64,000 nucleotides of DNA. Source: Raillietiella orientalis. Its lineage: Eukaryota. The stretch spans positions 4,154,001-4,218,000 of the forward strand of contig JAYWIR010000015.1 in the NCBI GenBank assembly GCA_036172245.1, in the 5' to 3' direction. Shown here piece by piece: positions 50,601 through 63,869 of the stretch (positions are counted from its first letter, which is position 1; every line of letters begins with the position of its first letter). Under the pieces are notes generated by a model. That model made no database searches, had not been told where the DNA came from, and worked only from the letters and a program-made list of their open reading frames with translations. The translations under genes were made by a program, and so were the position numbers.

Positions 50601-53600
50601 ACCCTCGACGGCCCCGTCTTTGCTTCGCAGATCTTTCACTTAGCCCTTACTCTTGCCTTCCCTTCAGACTTTTTTCTTAACCCGAAAACGAGTGCCACAA
50701 GGTGTGGCAGGGGATTTTCCGGAAACTCGCACACGGTCCTGCCCAATCTTTTGCTACGTTAAGAAACCCGGCTCAAACTCCTAGCTCCCTCGTTTGGGGG
50801 TGGTGCGTCACGACTGCTGGGACCGCTGATGGGACCTTAGCAACGAACGGAGGCACCCCATGCGAGCAAGAAGGTTCCTTGCCGAAACCCCTAGCGGCGG
50901 CGAAACTTGAAACCGGCACAATCCCAAGTCGTCCTGGGACCTCACCAAGAAAGCCGCTGCTGATTCCCCCCGCCATCCCGTGCACAGAGGCAGGATCGCG
51001 GAACGATTGCTACGTGTCACCGACTCTTGGATGGAGACTTCAGCGCGGACCAGAGACTGAAAGGAGGCCACCCAATCGGGAAGCGCCCAACCGGTGGTGG
51101 GTGTGATTCGAGGCGTCAAGGAAACTTGGAATAAACCGTGTGTGGTGCTGGTCTACGGAGGACGATCGCGGCAAACCCAGCGTTCCCGACCGCTCATTGC
51201 ATCGATCTTATCTGGAAGAAACCTTACCGCAATTTGATTCGTCACTCCCATCAGGACAGTCCTCACTGAAATCGCACAGCCTATCAAAGCCGATGCAAAG
51301 GTCGCCTCCGCAGTGGAACTGAAGATCCGTGCAATTCCCTTGGGATGTCGCATCGCCTACATGCGAAAAGTAGATTTTGAGAGTGTCGGGAACCCTGTTC
51401 AATCACCGCCGCACAACATACCATAAAACATGCACGGTTCGTTCGCTGTCACACAGAATTGCATGTACAGAAATGTACGTATTAACATCTTTATCATTAT
51501 AAAATATGCAAAGCCAGTTCGAAGGTATTTCTAAGATCCTCTGTTACTTAGGCTTTTCCCGGTTCTTCTATGTAATTTTCATACATTCATCATCATTATT
51601 GCAATCATATTACTAATTTCAGTGATATCAGAATGATAGTGAATATTAATGCTGACAGCATAACAGCTCAGGAAAATGTGCTCGTTCTTTGGGGTGACTG
51701 AGGACTTTGTTCCAACAGATGAAGCTTACCACTGCGTTCTCATTACGTACTCTTTGATGTAAAGCAGCATCAACCGCAATAAGGTCATTCTTTATCCTTC
51801 CTGGATTCACCAAGCTACCGGAATCGGTCGGATTGGGAGAACGAAGCACAACCCACGTGCAGGGTGATCTTTTAAGGGGAGGCTGAGAAGGCAACCAGTT
51901 CCCTTAATGCAGTTCCAGGATCAGCCAAAATAGGCACGAGAAAAGGATGCCTGCTTGTTCTAAGACGGGACTTCCGTCCCAAAAGCATAGTCACCGAGAA
52001 ACGGTAAGAGAAGTGATGACATTCACTCACTCATTCTTCCGACTCGGAGCTAGACGAGAGCTCAGACACGGAATCACAGCCGGCGGCAACACTTAAGTGG
52101 CAATGGAGGCAAATTCCATGCAATTTTTCTTTTTTTTTTTTAAAAAAAAAAAAAACCCCTCTGCGCCGCAGATTCACTTTCTTTTTTAGAAAAAAAAAAA
52201 ACCTCATCTACTGAAAAAAGGGAAAAATGAAACCAACAAAAGTACGAAGGCTGAAAACGGCCGAAATAGACAGCAACAAAAAAGACGTCGTTTGGGGGAG
52301 CCGCAGAAAATGCTTTCGCAGATCTTTCCACTGCACCGTTCAATGTTGAATCCATCAGCTTTAAGCCGTCCTCTTCTATCGGGCTTTCATATTAGAATAA
52401 CTCCATCCCTCGCAGGACCATCTGATTGGTAAGCCTGCCAACTGGCTCGGTGTATTTCCTCCGCAAATCTGGTTGCGATCCTCCTGCTAGGAAGAATCGG
52501 CAGGCGCGCACCACAGACAGACGCCACCCGTTCACAAAGCAAAACAGAGGCATCTGCTTGCCTCTGCCTCCCTCGGGCAGCTGAGCAACCTGGACCAGGT
52601 TGCACCAATACTTCCATCGAGCCCTTCCATCTGGGCCCTCCAACAGCAAGACAGATTCGCCGCCTACTCGGGCAGCTTTACGAAACCAACGGTCAGGACC
52701 TACGATCTGCTAGGGTTTCTCGGAGAACGTGGCGGTATCAAAGGCGCGGAAGCTCAGCCTGCTTAAAGCCCTGAGAGAAGAGTAGACGCCCTGCTCGTCG
52801 CGGGACTGCCCCTTCCTGCAGACCGCAGGGACTGGCATCGAAGAACAAAAGAGTTCCGCTCAGAACGAACCTTCCGGAATTCGCTTGAATGGAAAACAGG
52901 GAAAAGGATGGAACGCGGGATCCTCACAGCGAAGGGTGGGTAGCTCAAATCCTTCATTGAGCCCGCCCAGGTCCGTTCTTCTAGCTTTCCACGTGGTTCC
53001 CAGCGCGCGCTCTCACACGAGATCCACAACCCTGACAAGCATCCGGGTCCTCACTCTTGGAGGACCGCAACGCGAAGACATCCCAGCCTCATTCTCGGAA
53101 CGGCTGCTCCTCAGACACGAAGGAATTCCAAATAAACCTCGGTGCCGCACCTGCAAGAGCACGCGCGTTTTTTTTTTTTTTTTCCTTTTTTTTCGGAAGA
53201 TGGGGGGGAGGAGGAAAGGGGGTATTTCGCGGGGGTTCGCCAAGTGCTGGAGAACCGTTCGCCTCCTTAGAGGGGCTCGCAAAGCTCTTCTACCAAGCTT
53301 CCCATGCCACCCAGACATGCGTGCCATTCTTCAAGTTATAGGGGATAAACCCCAGAGTAGACCACCCTACGAATCCGGGAAGGCGCCGGAGGGAGTGAGT
53401 CTTTCTGACGCTTGGTAAGGAACCCCGAGGGGACACTTCCCGATTTCTCTGAAAGGGCACTTCCGAAGGGGGCATCAGCAAGCTCCATGGTACGCGATGG
53501 AGGGTCCCCCAGACGGCACCTGGAAGAGACTCCGGAGGGTGGACTTCCGATCCCGGCCGGCCAACGGTGTCATCCGACTTCCACCGTGCCATACCCGAAG

Positions 53601-55035
53601 CCCACAGGCCAAGCAGAGTCATCGTGCGGGAAGGGGGGGGGGAAGGAATCGAAACCCACGACACACCTCACGCTTTCGGCGTCGACCCTTTCCCGGGCGG
53701 GATTCGAACCCACAGCGCTTGGTACTGCGCGTGGAGACCTCGGCCACGCGGCCTCCAGCGCGAGCAGGTGGCTGCGATCCCACGCTCGTGGTTCTCAGCA
53801 GCGAAAGCCTCTCCGAGTGGGAGGTAGGGGGACTGAACCTGCCCGCAAATCCCTCACCTCGGCCAGGAGCAGCTCCCGCCCTTGCACGTTGTTGGCGTCG
53901 CCATCAAGAGCACCCACCCTTGGAACTCCCGTCGCCAACAACATGAGAAACAACGACGACGACGACGCTATCGGAGACCGTGGACACGCAGAGGAACTGC
54001 GGCGGAGGCTGCACGAGGCATACCCCCCCCCCCCCCCGTCTTGCTCCTCTTTACCGCGACTCTTGGAACCCTCTGCGGTAACCACAGGGATGCTGTAAGA
54101 CTCCTCTTTATGCGGGACGCGCCCTGCAGCTAGCTGCAGCCATTTCAGCACCTTGCTGCCTCCGCGGGACGGTGGCTGCGTGGAGCGACGCCAACGGAGG
54201 AACTAACGACAGGAGTGCCATCCACCTCGCTCTTCGCTTTCTGCGGATAGCGGGCAGATCGCCCCACCTGGATGTCAGTAGCAAGCAAGACCCTCCCGAC
54301 AACCTCCAAAAGATGCAGAAGACCGTCCCCCGTAGACTGCGATCCCTCCCCTCCCCCAAAGTCGTTTGCTTTTGTCTTTTTCTTTTGTGTTTGGCCCCTC
54401 CCCTCTGCTGCTGTGGAGGACCTCACCGGTCTGCGAACCGGTGAGGCGTCAGGTTATATACGAAGAGGACGCCCAACCACGCAAACCGTAAACGTTTGTT
54501 TCATCTGTAAATAAACGCCCGGCGTACCCGGGTGAAAAATTGCGCCTCTTCAGGTAGCTGCGAACCATCCGAACAGCTCTTTGTCATTTGCAAGAAGCTG
54601 CAGAGAGGGGTCGCTGCAATTTCACCATGTCCTCTGAGCATTCCCGTATTCCTCAATGGGAGGAGATGTACATGCGATACTTACGAGGAAGTTATCTCTT
54701 CGGACGGGGCCCGCTCGCGAATCGGTACTCCGGGACTCCGAGGTGGACGACGCTCCGCAGGAGATGGGAAGATGCGTTAACGAACGCGAAGCGGCGCTGC
54801 AAGTGCCCAGCGTCCGGCACGGCCCGAAACGCGCGCCTGGCGCGCCGGCCGGCACACCCCGCGAGCAGCCGACCGCGGACCTGCGCATCAGGGTCTCCAA
54901 GAGACCCCCTCTGCCGCTTAGAGCCGCGCGCAGCGCCGAAGGCAGCGAGGAGCGAGGATACCCTGGTGAAGAACGGAGGACCCAAGAGGGTCCACGGAGG
55001 TTGCCGGAGGCGCGCAGGCAGGCAAGACGGAGGAG

Positions 55036-55083
<48 letters not shown>

Positions 55084-57681
55084 GCCCTCGTCTCGACAAG
55101 GGCGCTGCTTCGAGGGGATTCCCTCCGGCGGGCCGCAGGAGTGGAAACCGCTCTTCCGAGAACGGGCGGAACTTCGTCTAGAGGCGGACGAGCCGCTTCC
55201 TGGGCGAGCTCCAGGCGACGGGAAGTTCCCGACTCGACATTGCCTGGGAGGCATCCTCGCGCGCGCGCTCTCATCCTTCCGCTGGAAAGGGGGGAGAGAG
55301 GCGGACGGCAAACGTCGCCCCGGGTCGCGCGCGCGCGGGACGGCGATTCCTGGGACCTCTTGGGGCGGGATCCTGTCGCCGTCCCACCTATCCCCTCCCC
55401 CTTCCTTGTCGTGCTCTCCTGCAGGGCGTCGTGACCGCGCGGGCGGCGAAGGGGAGAAACCGCTTCCCTCATACCTTGCCTGTATGAAGCCGGCAGGTCC
55501 CTCTCCGCGCCTTCCGTACGGGCCGGAGTTCCCTCTTCCTGTTCCTCCTCGTCTCGGAACTACCCCTCCCTCCCATCTTCCCAGTAAAGATGGATCGCAG
55601 ACGATCCCAGGATGCGCGCATCCGAGGCAGTCGATCTTCCCTCGGCTCGGCTGCTTTCCGGTCTCCATGGATCTCCCTAAGAAGGTTCGCGGCTTCGGCG
55701 CCAGCAGCGACGGCGAGAGCGCTGCCAGTGCCGCCAAGCTGCACGACACCCGCCAGCCCGTGCAGCAGCGCCGCGTGATCAACCCAGGGAGGAGAGGGGA
55801 GGAGGGGGGGGGGAACTTGGAGTAGGCACAGCGTGCCGTTTTTGGACAGTTTCTCGGGGCGTACCGCGTCCTCCAAAACTGGCGCGCCCCACCCGCTAAC
55901 TTTTCCGAGGAATCGCACCATTCCGGATGTCGTGCACACTACACTCGTTCCGAGCGAGCACGCTCGCGCCGCGCGGGCGCGCGCGCGGTGGCGGACCTGG
56001 AAAGCGAGACGTTCTGAGAACGGCCGACAGAGGGAGGCTCTGGCATCTGCCGCCGCCAGTGTGTGCCGCGCCCGCGACAGCGGGAACGCTCCAGCTCGGG
56101 ATGGTCAGAGGGTCAGCGGGACCACCGCCTCGTCGCCACGGATTCTCCCTCCCTGCGAAACGAAAGGAGAGGAGAGCAGGAGCAGGGATAGAATTTGGAC
56201 CGGTGTTCCTGGGGAGGGGCGGAGGAGAAGAGCGATGCTCACACACTTCCGATGTGGAAATCTCACATGACGAACTTGCGACTATTTTTTCTTTTCCCTC
56301 CCTGGTATCCCTGTACAGCATGGAAACAACCCAGTTCGCATGCTGCCTCCGAGGACATGAACCGCCCCTGCTGCCGTAGCCTATTCAGGAATTCGGTTCC
56401 AGAAACCATCTATGCCGAGAGGGAACGCTTGCTTACGTGGACACCGTTTTTCGTCGGACCCGTCCTTGCAGTCCTCGAAGCCGTCGCAGACCCACACCAG
56501 TGGCTGGCATTCCCCGTCACACTGGAAGTTGCTATCCGGGCAAATGGGATCTGAAACAGAAGCTGTTGGAGTCGAGTTCCAGGAAAGAGGCGGCTGCCAG
56601 CGCAGCAGCCATGGGGGATGGCGGTACCCCGAGACGCGCGTGGCCCGAAGCGTTTCTTTGAGGACATCGAGGTTTTTTTTTTTTTCTTTTTTCGAAACAC
56701 TTTTTATTTTATGTCTCGAAAAAAAAGTCATTGAAGTCTTGGGGAAAAAAAAGAAAAGAAAATCCGATCCACTAGCAAATAGGTGGTCACTGAGGTCTTT
56801 GGTTTAGGCTTTTGGTCTTTTCCCCTCCCAGCTGTTTTTGTCTCGTGTTTCATGAACGTCATTGCTCTCCAGCAAAGGAAGCTGACTCCCTTATCTCTGT
56901 ATTCGTTTTCCCCTGAGCCCGCCCGTGGCACCGACGACCAGAGAAAGGGAATTCAAGCCTGGTAGTCAAGCCGAAGTCAAAGGGCGTCCATGTGACATTG
57001 AAAAAAAAAAAAAAACAGTTTATCAGGAACTTGAAATTCAGGAAACCTGCGATCGTTGTGCCCGAGACCGCGGCTCGCAGCGCATCTGGGGTCAAGCGGG
57101 CACGAGGCGTCGCCTCTCCGCCCATGGCCGCTGCCTAAACTCTGTGGACGCCTGACGAACGCGCGTACTTGATTAGGGTAAGACGGCAGGGAGAGCCAGG
57201 ATCCAAGAGGTCGATGGGAGCATGGGTTCCCCAGGACCTCGAACCACCACCCAGACGGGTTGGGTCGCATCGAGACCGCCGACGCCGCGCGTGACCAGAC
57301 CCCTTGAAAGGGGGACAGCGGGGCGAGTCGGCAGAACCTCAGCTAAAAGAGCAGCCGGTTCCAGCGATCCCCCGAAACGGTGTCAAATCGGTTTCTGGGG
57401 GGGAGGGAGGGGGGGGCTCCCGTAATTGGTTACCGTTGGCGACTCCTCGGAAGTGGTTCGGGGGGAAATTTGGAGGAGCGGAAGCCCCCACACTTCCCAT
57501 GGGAAAGCCACTCGAGCATCCCCTTTCCAGGAAAACACGCACGCAGCAACACATGCGGCGGTCCGACCGCGATGAGTTTCGTAGAAGGAGACTGCTTACC
57601 AGAACGATGACGGGGTGTGGTTGCCTGGTCCACGTATAGCACGCAAAGGGTCAGCCAAACGAACACTTCCGAAACGAGCAT
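47687..57681 (-). CDS. LDL-receptor family protein, VLDLR/lipophorin-receptor-like (8 LA repeats, 2 EGF, YWTD propeller, EGF, TM)
   Basis: Exons 57681-57600 (signal peptide [20 protein letters not shown]), 56550-56437, 51356-51228, 50364-50242, 50153-49933, 49850-49352, 49290-48229, 48179-48070, 48021-47869, 47713-47687 (last exon least certain); all GT-AG and phase-consistent. Eight CD...DCxDGSDE-type class A repeats, LNECL/INECF Ca-EGFs, YWID/YWIN/YWAD/FWIE blades, [21 protein letters not shown]. Confidence 0.93.
52390..53160 (-). mobile_element. decayed LINE RT/post-RT fragment in the LDLR-like intron
   Basis: [22 protein letters not shown] resembles the L1/Tx1 post-RT W..L..P..EGGLG motif. 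Upstream RT motifs are only faint. Confidence 0.35.
53167..53762 (-). mobile_element. tRNA-headed SINE-like element, second headed copy with poly(A) tail
   Basis: Minus-strand A-box AGGCCGCGTGG (53754-53744) and B-box GGTTCGAATCC (53710-53700). Body homologous to 697-1592 but shorter. A-rich tail seen as a T run at ~53168-53193. Confidence 0.75.
54035..54540 (+). mobile_element. 3' end of L1/Tx1-like LINE (subfamily A)
   Basis: [12 protein letters not shown] and [13 protein letters not shown] match the copies at ~30300 and ~31600. AATAAA (54510-54515), hairpin CCCGG-CGTAC-CCGGG, then AAAAA. Confidence 0.8.
55039..55078. repeat. (TA)n microsatellite, ~20 units
   Basis: Direct read of the AT dinucleotide run. 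Confidence 0.95.
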
Positions 57682-60600
57682 GCTGCGTCTCAACTACGGC
57701 ACGCTGACCGGTGCCTTCTACACCTCCGAACAGCAGCCTCCCGTTCTCCCTGGCTTTTTCTACGACACACAACACGTGCCGGCCCCCTCCGGATACGAAA
57801 GCACTGCAGGGCGACGCTCGCGGAGTGGCCCACTCATTGACAAAACTGTCATTCCTCGGCTAGGTATATAGCTGAAGGACATGACAATCGCACGACTTCC
57901 CTATGACGTAAGCAATACTCACGCGAAGCAGTTCGGCCCCAAAGAAAGGAAGAAGTGATGCAACGCGCGCGGCTTCAGGAGTAGTGGAAATGCGCATGAC
58001 TGGGCCGAATACGTGGGGGAACACCCAGAGAAGAGTCTCTTCTGGAGTTTGCAGAGAGTGCAATCTCGCGTGAACGCGGAGGCTGCGATGCCGCTCCGCA
58101 GAGATCGGATTCAGACGCACTTCTGGGAGCACGGAGGCGCGGCAGAGACCCAGCACGCAGAGGAGGAAAGAAGGCCTTCTCATTCTCACCAAATTCCTCG
58201 TCGGCTTCCCACTGGAGACGACGGACGAGCCCTGACCACGCCAGGCGTTCTCGCGCGAGATAACCGGGAATTCCCGGAGGCGATCGCGATTGGAAAATTC
58301 ACGGTGCAGGATCGAAGGGGGGTGGGAACAACTCCTCGAAAAGGGAGCCTAAAAAAGCCTAAAGAACCTGCACTCAAAAGAAGCTCGTTCCGGGAGCTGA
58401 TTCCAGACACCAAGGCAACCTGCACCAAGCACATTGCGGAGTTGGTTCGCGTCCGAGGCGTTGCCCAATCAATGACTAGCTTATGACCTTTCTGACTATT
58501 CAAGCGTGAACTTAAAGGTGCTGGCTTTCGCATCACCAAGAAAAACCAGCGTTTCCCGATTCCTCGAAACCTTCTAATTCACAACGAGTTCGCTAAGTGG
58601 ATATGTTCCATCTAGGTCAATGGCGTAAGGAATTCGGGGAAGGGGAGGGGGAACACCTCAGAATTAACGGTTTTTGGTGTAAGTCTGGAATCGCATGATT
58701 GTCCGAGCCAGGAAATTCCTCTTCGAAAAAATATGCCCGTAGCAATTCCCATTTCGATTCCTTAATGTGCAGCCTCCGTGATGAATCCAAATCTCTAGAC
58801 TCGGAACTGGCCGGCGCCCCACGCTGCCGTATTCGTCCAGCGGGTTGGATGACCACGTCATTTAGTGTGGAAACAACAAGGACTCGTTCTTGTTTTGCTT
58901 TGTTCTGCTTGTTTAAAAAATGATAGTAAGTTGAATTAATCAGCAAAGGAAGCGGAAGGAATTGAAGAGCGGCGGCTCGTGTTGACTTTCGTGTCACCGC
59001 CGATGGTAATTTCACGTGGTGGTGGGCACGGGTAGCGCGAAGAACACAGTGGCCGTCGTTGGAACAGCAAGCACCACCGGGGGGTGAGGTCAAGCCGACG
59101 GTTTTCCAGGGTCACCAGCTGGACTTGGCGCTTCTGTATCAGGTTGAAATTTCGATTTCGAACCCACTTCCTTCAGCACACGTGAAAATATCGCCGATAT
59201 GCGCTTTGAGACGTTTGAGACGTCTGAGTTCCGGAGGACGTTCGTGTGCCATCAAGGAATCCAAGGCATTTTTTTTTTTTTTCTTTAAAAAAAAAATCTT
59301 TGCACGAACTCAAATTGTACATATACATTTACCGACGAACGTGTGTCCTGGAATGGGTAACGAGTGGATTATTTCCCTTTGCTCCCAAATCTCATTTGCG
59401 TGACGAGAATTCGGCACACATCGAAGCTTCGAAACTCTCAGCTTCTTTGACCAATCGGAGGTTTGCTTTGAGCGCGCCAGAATTTTGGCTTTCTTTCCTT
59501 TTTTTTTTCTGAAGAGACGTAAAGGTAGGATGAGCCGAACCAACTTCTCACCTTGAACCATCTTCATGAAGCTGTAAGTGCCGTGCTGCAAAAAAAAAAA
59601 AAAAAAATTACTTACAGACACTTTCAGTCATGATAGAGTGAAAACCTGATTTCCTCTTTCAAGAGATGACTGATAACTCACTGCAACAGTGATGTAAAGA
59701 ATAAGGAAAAAATAATACAATACGCACAACTTGCATGTTTTTTTTTTTTTTTTGGGGGGGGGGGGTTCATACTTAGGAACAGTTGCATAATTCTGTTTGC
59801 ACCGGGAGGTCACGATGATGCCTTGAAGGCTTCTTGCATGAATCTCCAGGAGTAGCCGGATGAATGATCGAAAGTTCGCATCAAGGTGCGCCACTGAAGA
59901 CGTTGGCGTGTAGCAGATGCAGTTCCCATCGTTCGAGGTGGCCAAAGAGGTTGGTCCATTTGTCAGCATCAGGTAAGACGACCGTTTCTGGTAGGGAATT
60001 GCGTTTATTGTGTTTCTGTCAAAGAAGCTCCACGTTTCGAAAAGAACAATCCGTCACTAATCAGGGCATCCAGCAGACGATAACGAAGAGGGTGCCTTTC
60101 GGTTCCATCGTGGCCCTTTAAGATGGATTGGTTTGATGCAAGTGCCCTGAGGTTCAGAATGCTTCTCTGTTCAGGTCGCCAAGATCCAAGACCTGTGGCA
60201 AGCTTGACCTTTCACTGTCATTTCCTCGTTCATCTCCGGTAGAACTAATCCAGGATGGAATAGACAAGCATAACTTGGCGAGGCAAATCCCGTGGGAGCT
60301 CCCGCGGAATGACCAGCTTTGAAAATCGTGGGACGGGGATGAGACGGAGGAGAGGGGACTGCGCGTTGCTGGCGCAAGGGCAGACTGTTGACAGAAGAGT
60401 CACGACCAAAGTGAAAAAGCTTCACTGCACTCACTGTTGCCTCAAAGGCTTTCTTCATGCATCTTCAGAAAAGTGTAGCCGGATAAGTGACCGAAAGTGT
60501 TGTCGTTGTCCTGCTCACTTGCTCACTGACCTCTTTAGCCATCGTTTCACAATGATGCCGTTGTTTACGATCACTCAGTAGAAGAACGCCCTTCGAAAAG

Positions 60601-61359
60601 AAGATTGAGAGGCTGAAAGCTCCAACGACTCTACAAGTACCACAACATGAACGCTCCTGTTGAATTTGTCAATTGTGTTTGCTGCAGATATTCGATAATT
60701 TTGAACGTAATACTGTCCATCTCATCAACTGATGCTACTTTCAACTGCGATTGGCTGCTATACCACAAAAGGTTAAACCTTCCTCAGTCCCTTCCTTCAT
60801 ATAACCTCCCTACTTATGGGCAGCAATAATTTTTTTTCCTGCACAAGCCTCGTTCTTTTGATGTTGCTATTTTATTCATTTCATCCCTTTCCGCTATAGA
60901 TAAATATATATATATATATATATATACTCTGTTTGGATGTAGAAACAGTAGATAGTTCCTCAATTTAGTGAACGTATTACGCGCGTGATCCCGTCTCTCC
61001 CGTTTGATCGCTTTGCCTTCTCGGGAAAAGGCTTGCTGGAGGGAACTTCCCCGGCAGAATTCATCAGCATCTAAGTATTGATGGACTGACGAAAATCTCT
61101 CCAACTTGGAAAAGCTTTCCTCATTAACCCTTTGGGCGTTATGGGCGCATCTATGCGTTTGGCGAATGTTTTTTACCTCATACTCGCGACACAAGGTAAC
61201 ACTATCAGTGTTTGATATGGCCTCATACACTTACTTACGTTCCTATAATTCCCTTAGCAACGACAGTTAACAAAATTCTATTACATCGGCCAATTCATTC
61301 TCGCTTTCTCAGAGAGCCCCCTCTGAAAAACTGAAAACAGCACACTATTATAGTTGTGC

Positions 61360-62870
61360 CGAGCCAAATACTTGGGGGTAATCGTCAGAGAGGAAGACAA
61401 AGCAGAGGACACTTAATGGCGGCACATCCTCGCCAAACTGAGGGAGGAAACCCACCTGTACGGGGAAGGGGGCAACCTCTCCTTCAAAGACAAAGCCAAC
61501 CTCTGGAACGGAGCGATGACGCCGAAGTTTCCCTTCGCCACGTCCTTTGCCAAGATCCCAGAGAGGGTGGCCGAGGAGTTGGGGCACATTCAACTCCTTG
61601 GATGGGACTTGATCTGGAGCGAGAGAAGACCAAAGGTGAAGCGGAAGAGAGCCCGTGTCTCCCGAGGACGGAAGGGGACACCGGCATGTGGGAAATCGCC
61701 CATGTCGTGAAGCTCCAGGACCTGAAGCTCCCGGTCCGCTACGTCAGCGAGTGCAACGAGTGGCCGTTCGCGTTCCACAAGGCGCAGGCGAGGATGCTGC
61801 TGGGAACCGACGGCCTCATGTCCGCCATGTCGCGCGAATCCGGGCAGTGGAAAGTCGTCGTGATGGCGCTGAAGCTGAAGATCGCCCCGAGAAGCAGGGA
61901 ACTCTGGGACAGGGAGCTCGCCAAGGTGATCCCGCAGTTCATCGGCGTCCCTTGGGAAACGCAAGTTTGGCTCCGTCAACATGGCAGAGTGATCCTAGGA
62001 GAGTGCGAGAGACTAGCCATCAGCATCCACACGGTGCGAGTCCTCGCGTACAAGCATTCGACGCAAGGGTGGGTAACCCGAAGGACCCGAGAGCTCTGGC
62101 AAACCCAGGGAGCGCAGTGGTCCAGGGTGAGCCCGAGCCGACAATGTGCAGAAAGCCGGTTGCAGCCACCTCAGAGGAAGCTCTGAGCAGGACAAGCGCT
62201 GGGCAGGTTCGGCGAACCGGCAGTCTGCCCGCAGACCATCGCGGCGGTCCTCTGGAGCTCCTCGCTACTGCTGCACGTTCAGGATTGCCTCCTGATTTTT
62301 TATCACGGAGGCATCCTGTGCGGGATGAGACTCCGACGCTGGACCGGGAATTCCGAAGGGGACCAGCGTCCGGCCTGTGGATCGACTGAAAATGACCTCC
62401 ACGTTTACACTTGCCGCATCCTTATCCGGACTGGAGTGGTGCGGCGAGCCATCGGATTCGACAACACCTCGAATCTGGACATCCTCCGAGGACTGTTAGA
62501 GGGCGAAGACGACGTGCCCCGATACAACCCCACCGTTCTGGTGATGGTCACCTTCTTCCTGAGGAGCATCCTCATCAGGGGGACGTAGCTGGCGAGGTCC
62601 CGGGATGTCCTGCATCAGGACTCTTGATGAAGGAAATCGGCATTCGTGCGTGTGGGGGGAGGGATTCCATCTTGGATTCTCCAGCACTGCCTGAGGATAC
62701 TGTAGTGAGCGACCAGACACGGTCCAGTGACTTGCCCGCGAGGGCCGCAGTAACACGAGGAAGAACGACCGACGAATCGTCAGAGCGACAGTGCTTGTTT
62801 GTTTGTTTCTTGTGTGTTGAATCAATGCAGCCCACCGCTGGTCGGACTGGGGAAAGCACAAGATTATAGC
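61360..62870 (+). mobile_element. 5'-truncated L1/Tx1-like LINE (RT thumb to zf-RVT, subfamily B), decayed
   Basis: AKYLGVIV..*WRHILAKL..NLSFKDKANLWN..PK; LIWSERRPKVKRKR/CLPRTEGDTG; VLWSSSLLLHVQDCLLIFYHGGILCGMRLRRWTG..RPACGSTENDLHVYTC; stop at 62588, then a 3' UTR with (TTTG)n. Confidence 0.8.
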
Positions 62871-63869
62871 TGTGGCGTATGTAATTTATTATACTGTACT
62901 GCACCCAAATGAGTTATTGATTTTATTGGAATTATAATTTTTAAATAAATATGTTTGGGAAAAATGAAAATATTTTATTTAATGTGGTGTAAAGTATTCT
63001 AATAGTAACTTTAACCAGCACTTTATGAAGTCAATCGGTACGCGGAAAGCAGTCCGTCCACAGGGATCGCCACTGCCCACAGGGTCGACTCGCGACCCGC
63101 GACAGAACGTTGAAATCTGATGAGCTCCGCACCCAAAGGGTTAAGATGGATTTTTTGATTGCCAGCTTTTAATCCCTGACAAGTAATTCGTGGACTTTGC
63201 ATCTTTGCAAGGGAATCAACGCGCGAGAGAAACAAAAACTGGGAGAGATGAACCCAGGAGAGGCTGCGGAGCTCGATACTCTGGATGAGAAGATACTCTG
63301 GACACTCTGAATCCGAGGCAACAGTGAGCATTCGTAGCTTGATTTTATTTTATTTTTTTGTTCCTTCATTCTGTATTTTCCACTGCGGTGGCTCTTGAAG
63401 TTGTGACGAAAGAGCGGAGTGTGTGCGTGGTCATACTTGAAAGATTTCATTTCTGATCCATCTGATGATCTCTTTCTTCTGTGAAGAGGTGTTAAGATGG
63501 CTGAAAAAGACACACGAGTCCGAGCTGATGTACGGAAATCATAACGAATGTATTCTTGAATGTATTCCTGAAGTCTGTATCGGAGTTCACCGTTTCAAAG
63601 CAGAAGTCGAATGACTAGGATGCACGGAGACCAGGATTTCCCACAATGTTATTCAGAAACGATGCGTTCATCACTCATCATGAATAGGGGATCAGTGATA
63701 CCTGGGGGGAACAGTGGTCCGCTGGAAGAAACTGTTTTGGGAATAGCACATAAACAGCAGGTGGTCGAACCTCTTGAATAGAAAAATATTATTGTAAAAA
63801 ATGTGTACAAAAAATGGTGTATTGGGTTCTTCAGTTTTCGCTATTTTCCTCCCACCTTCTTTTGGGGGG

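Noticed and set aside
54622..55825. Long ORFs of 386 and 389 aa on both strands
   Set aside because: Pro/Arg/Gly-rich shadow ORFs in GC-rich intronic repeat DNA, running through a (TA)n microsatellite; no domain recognised.
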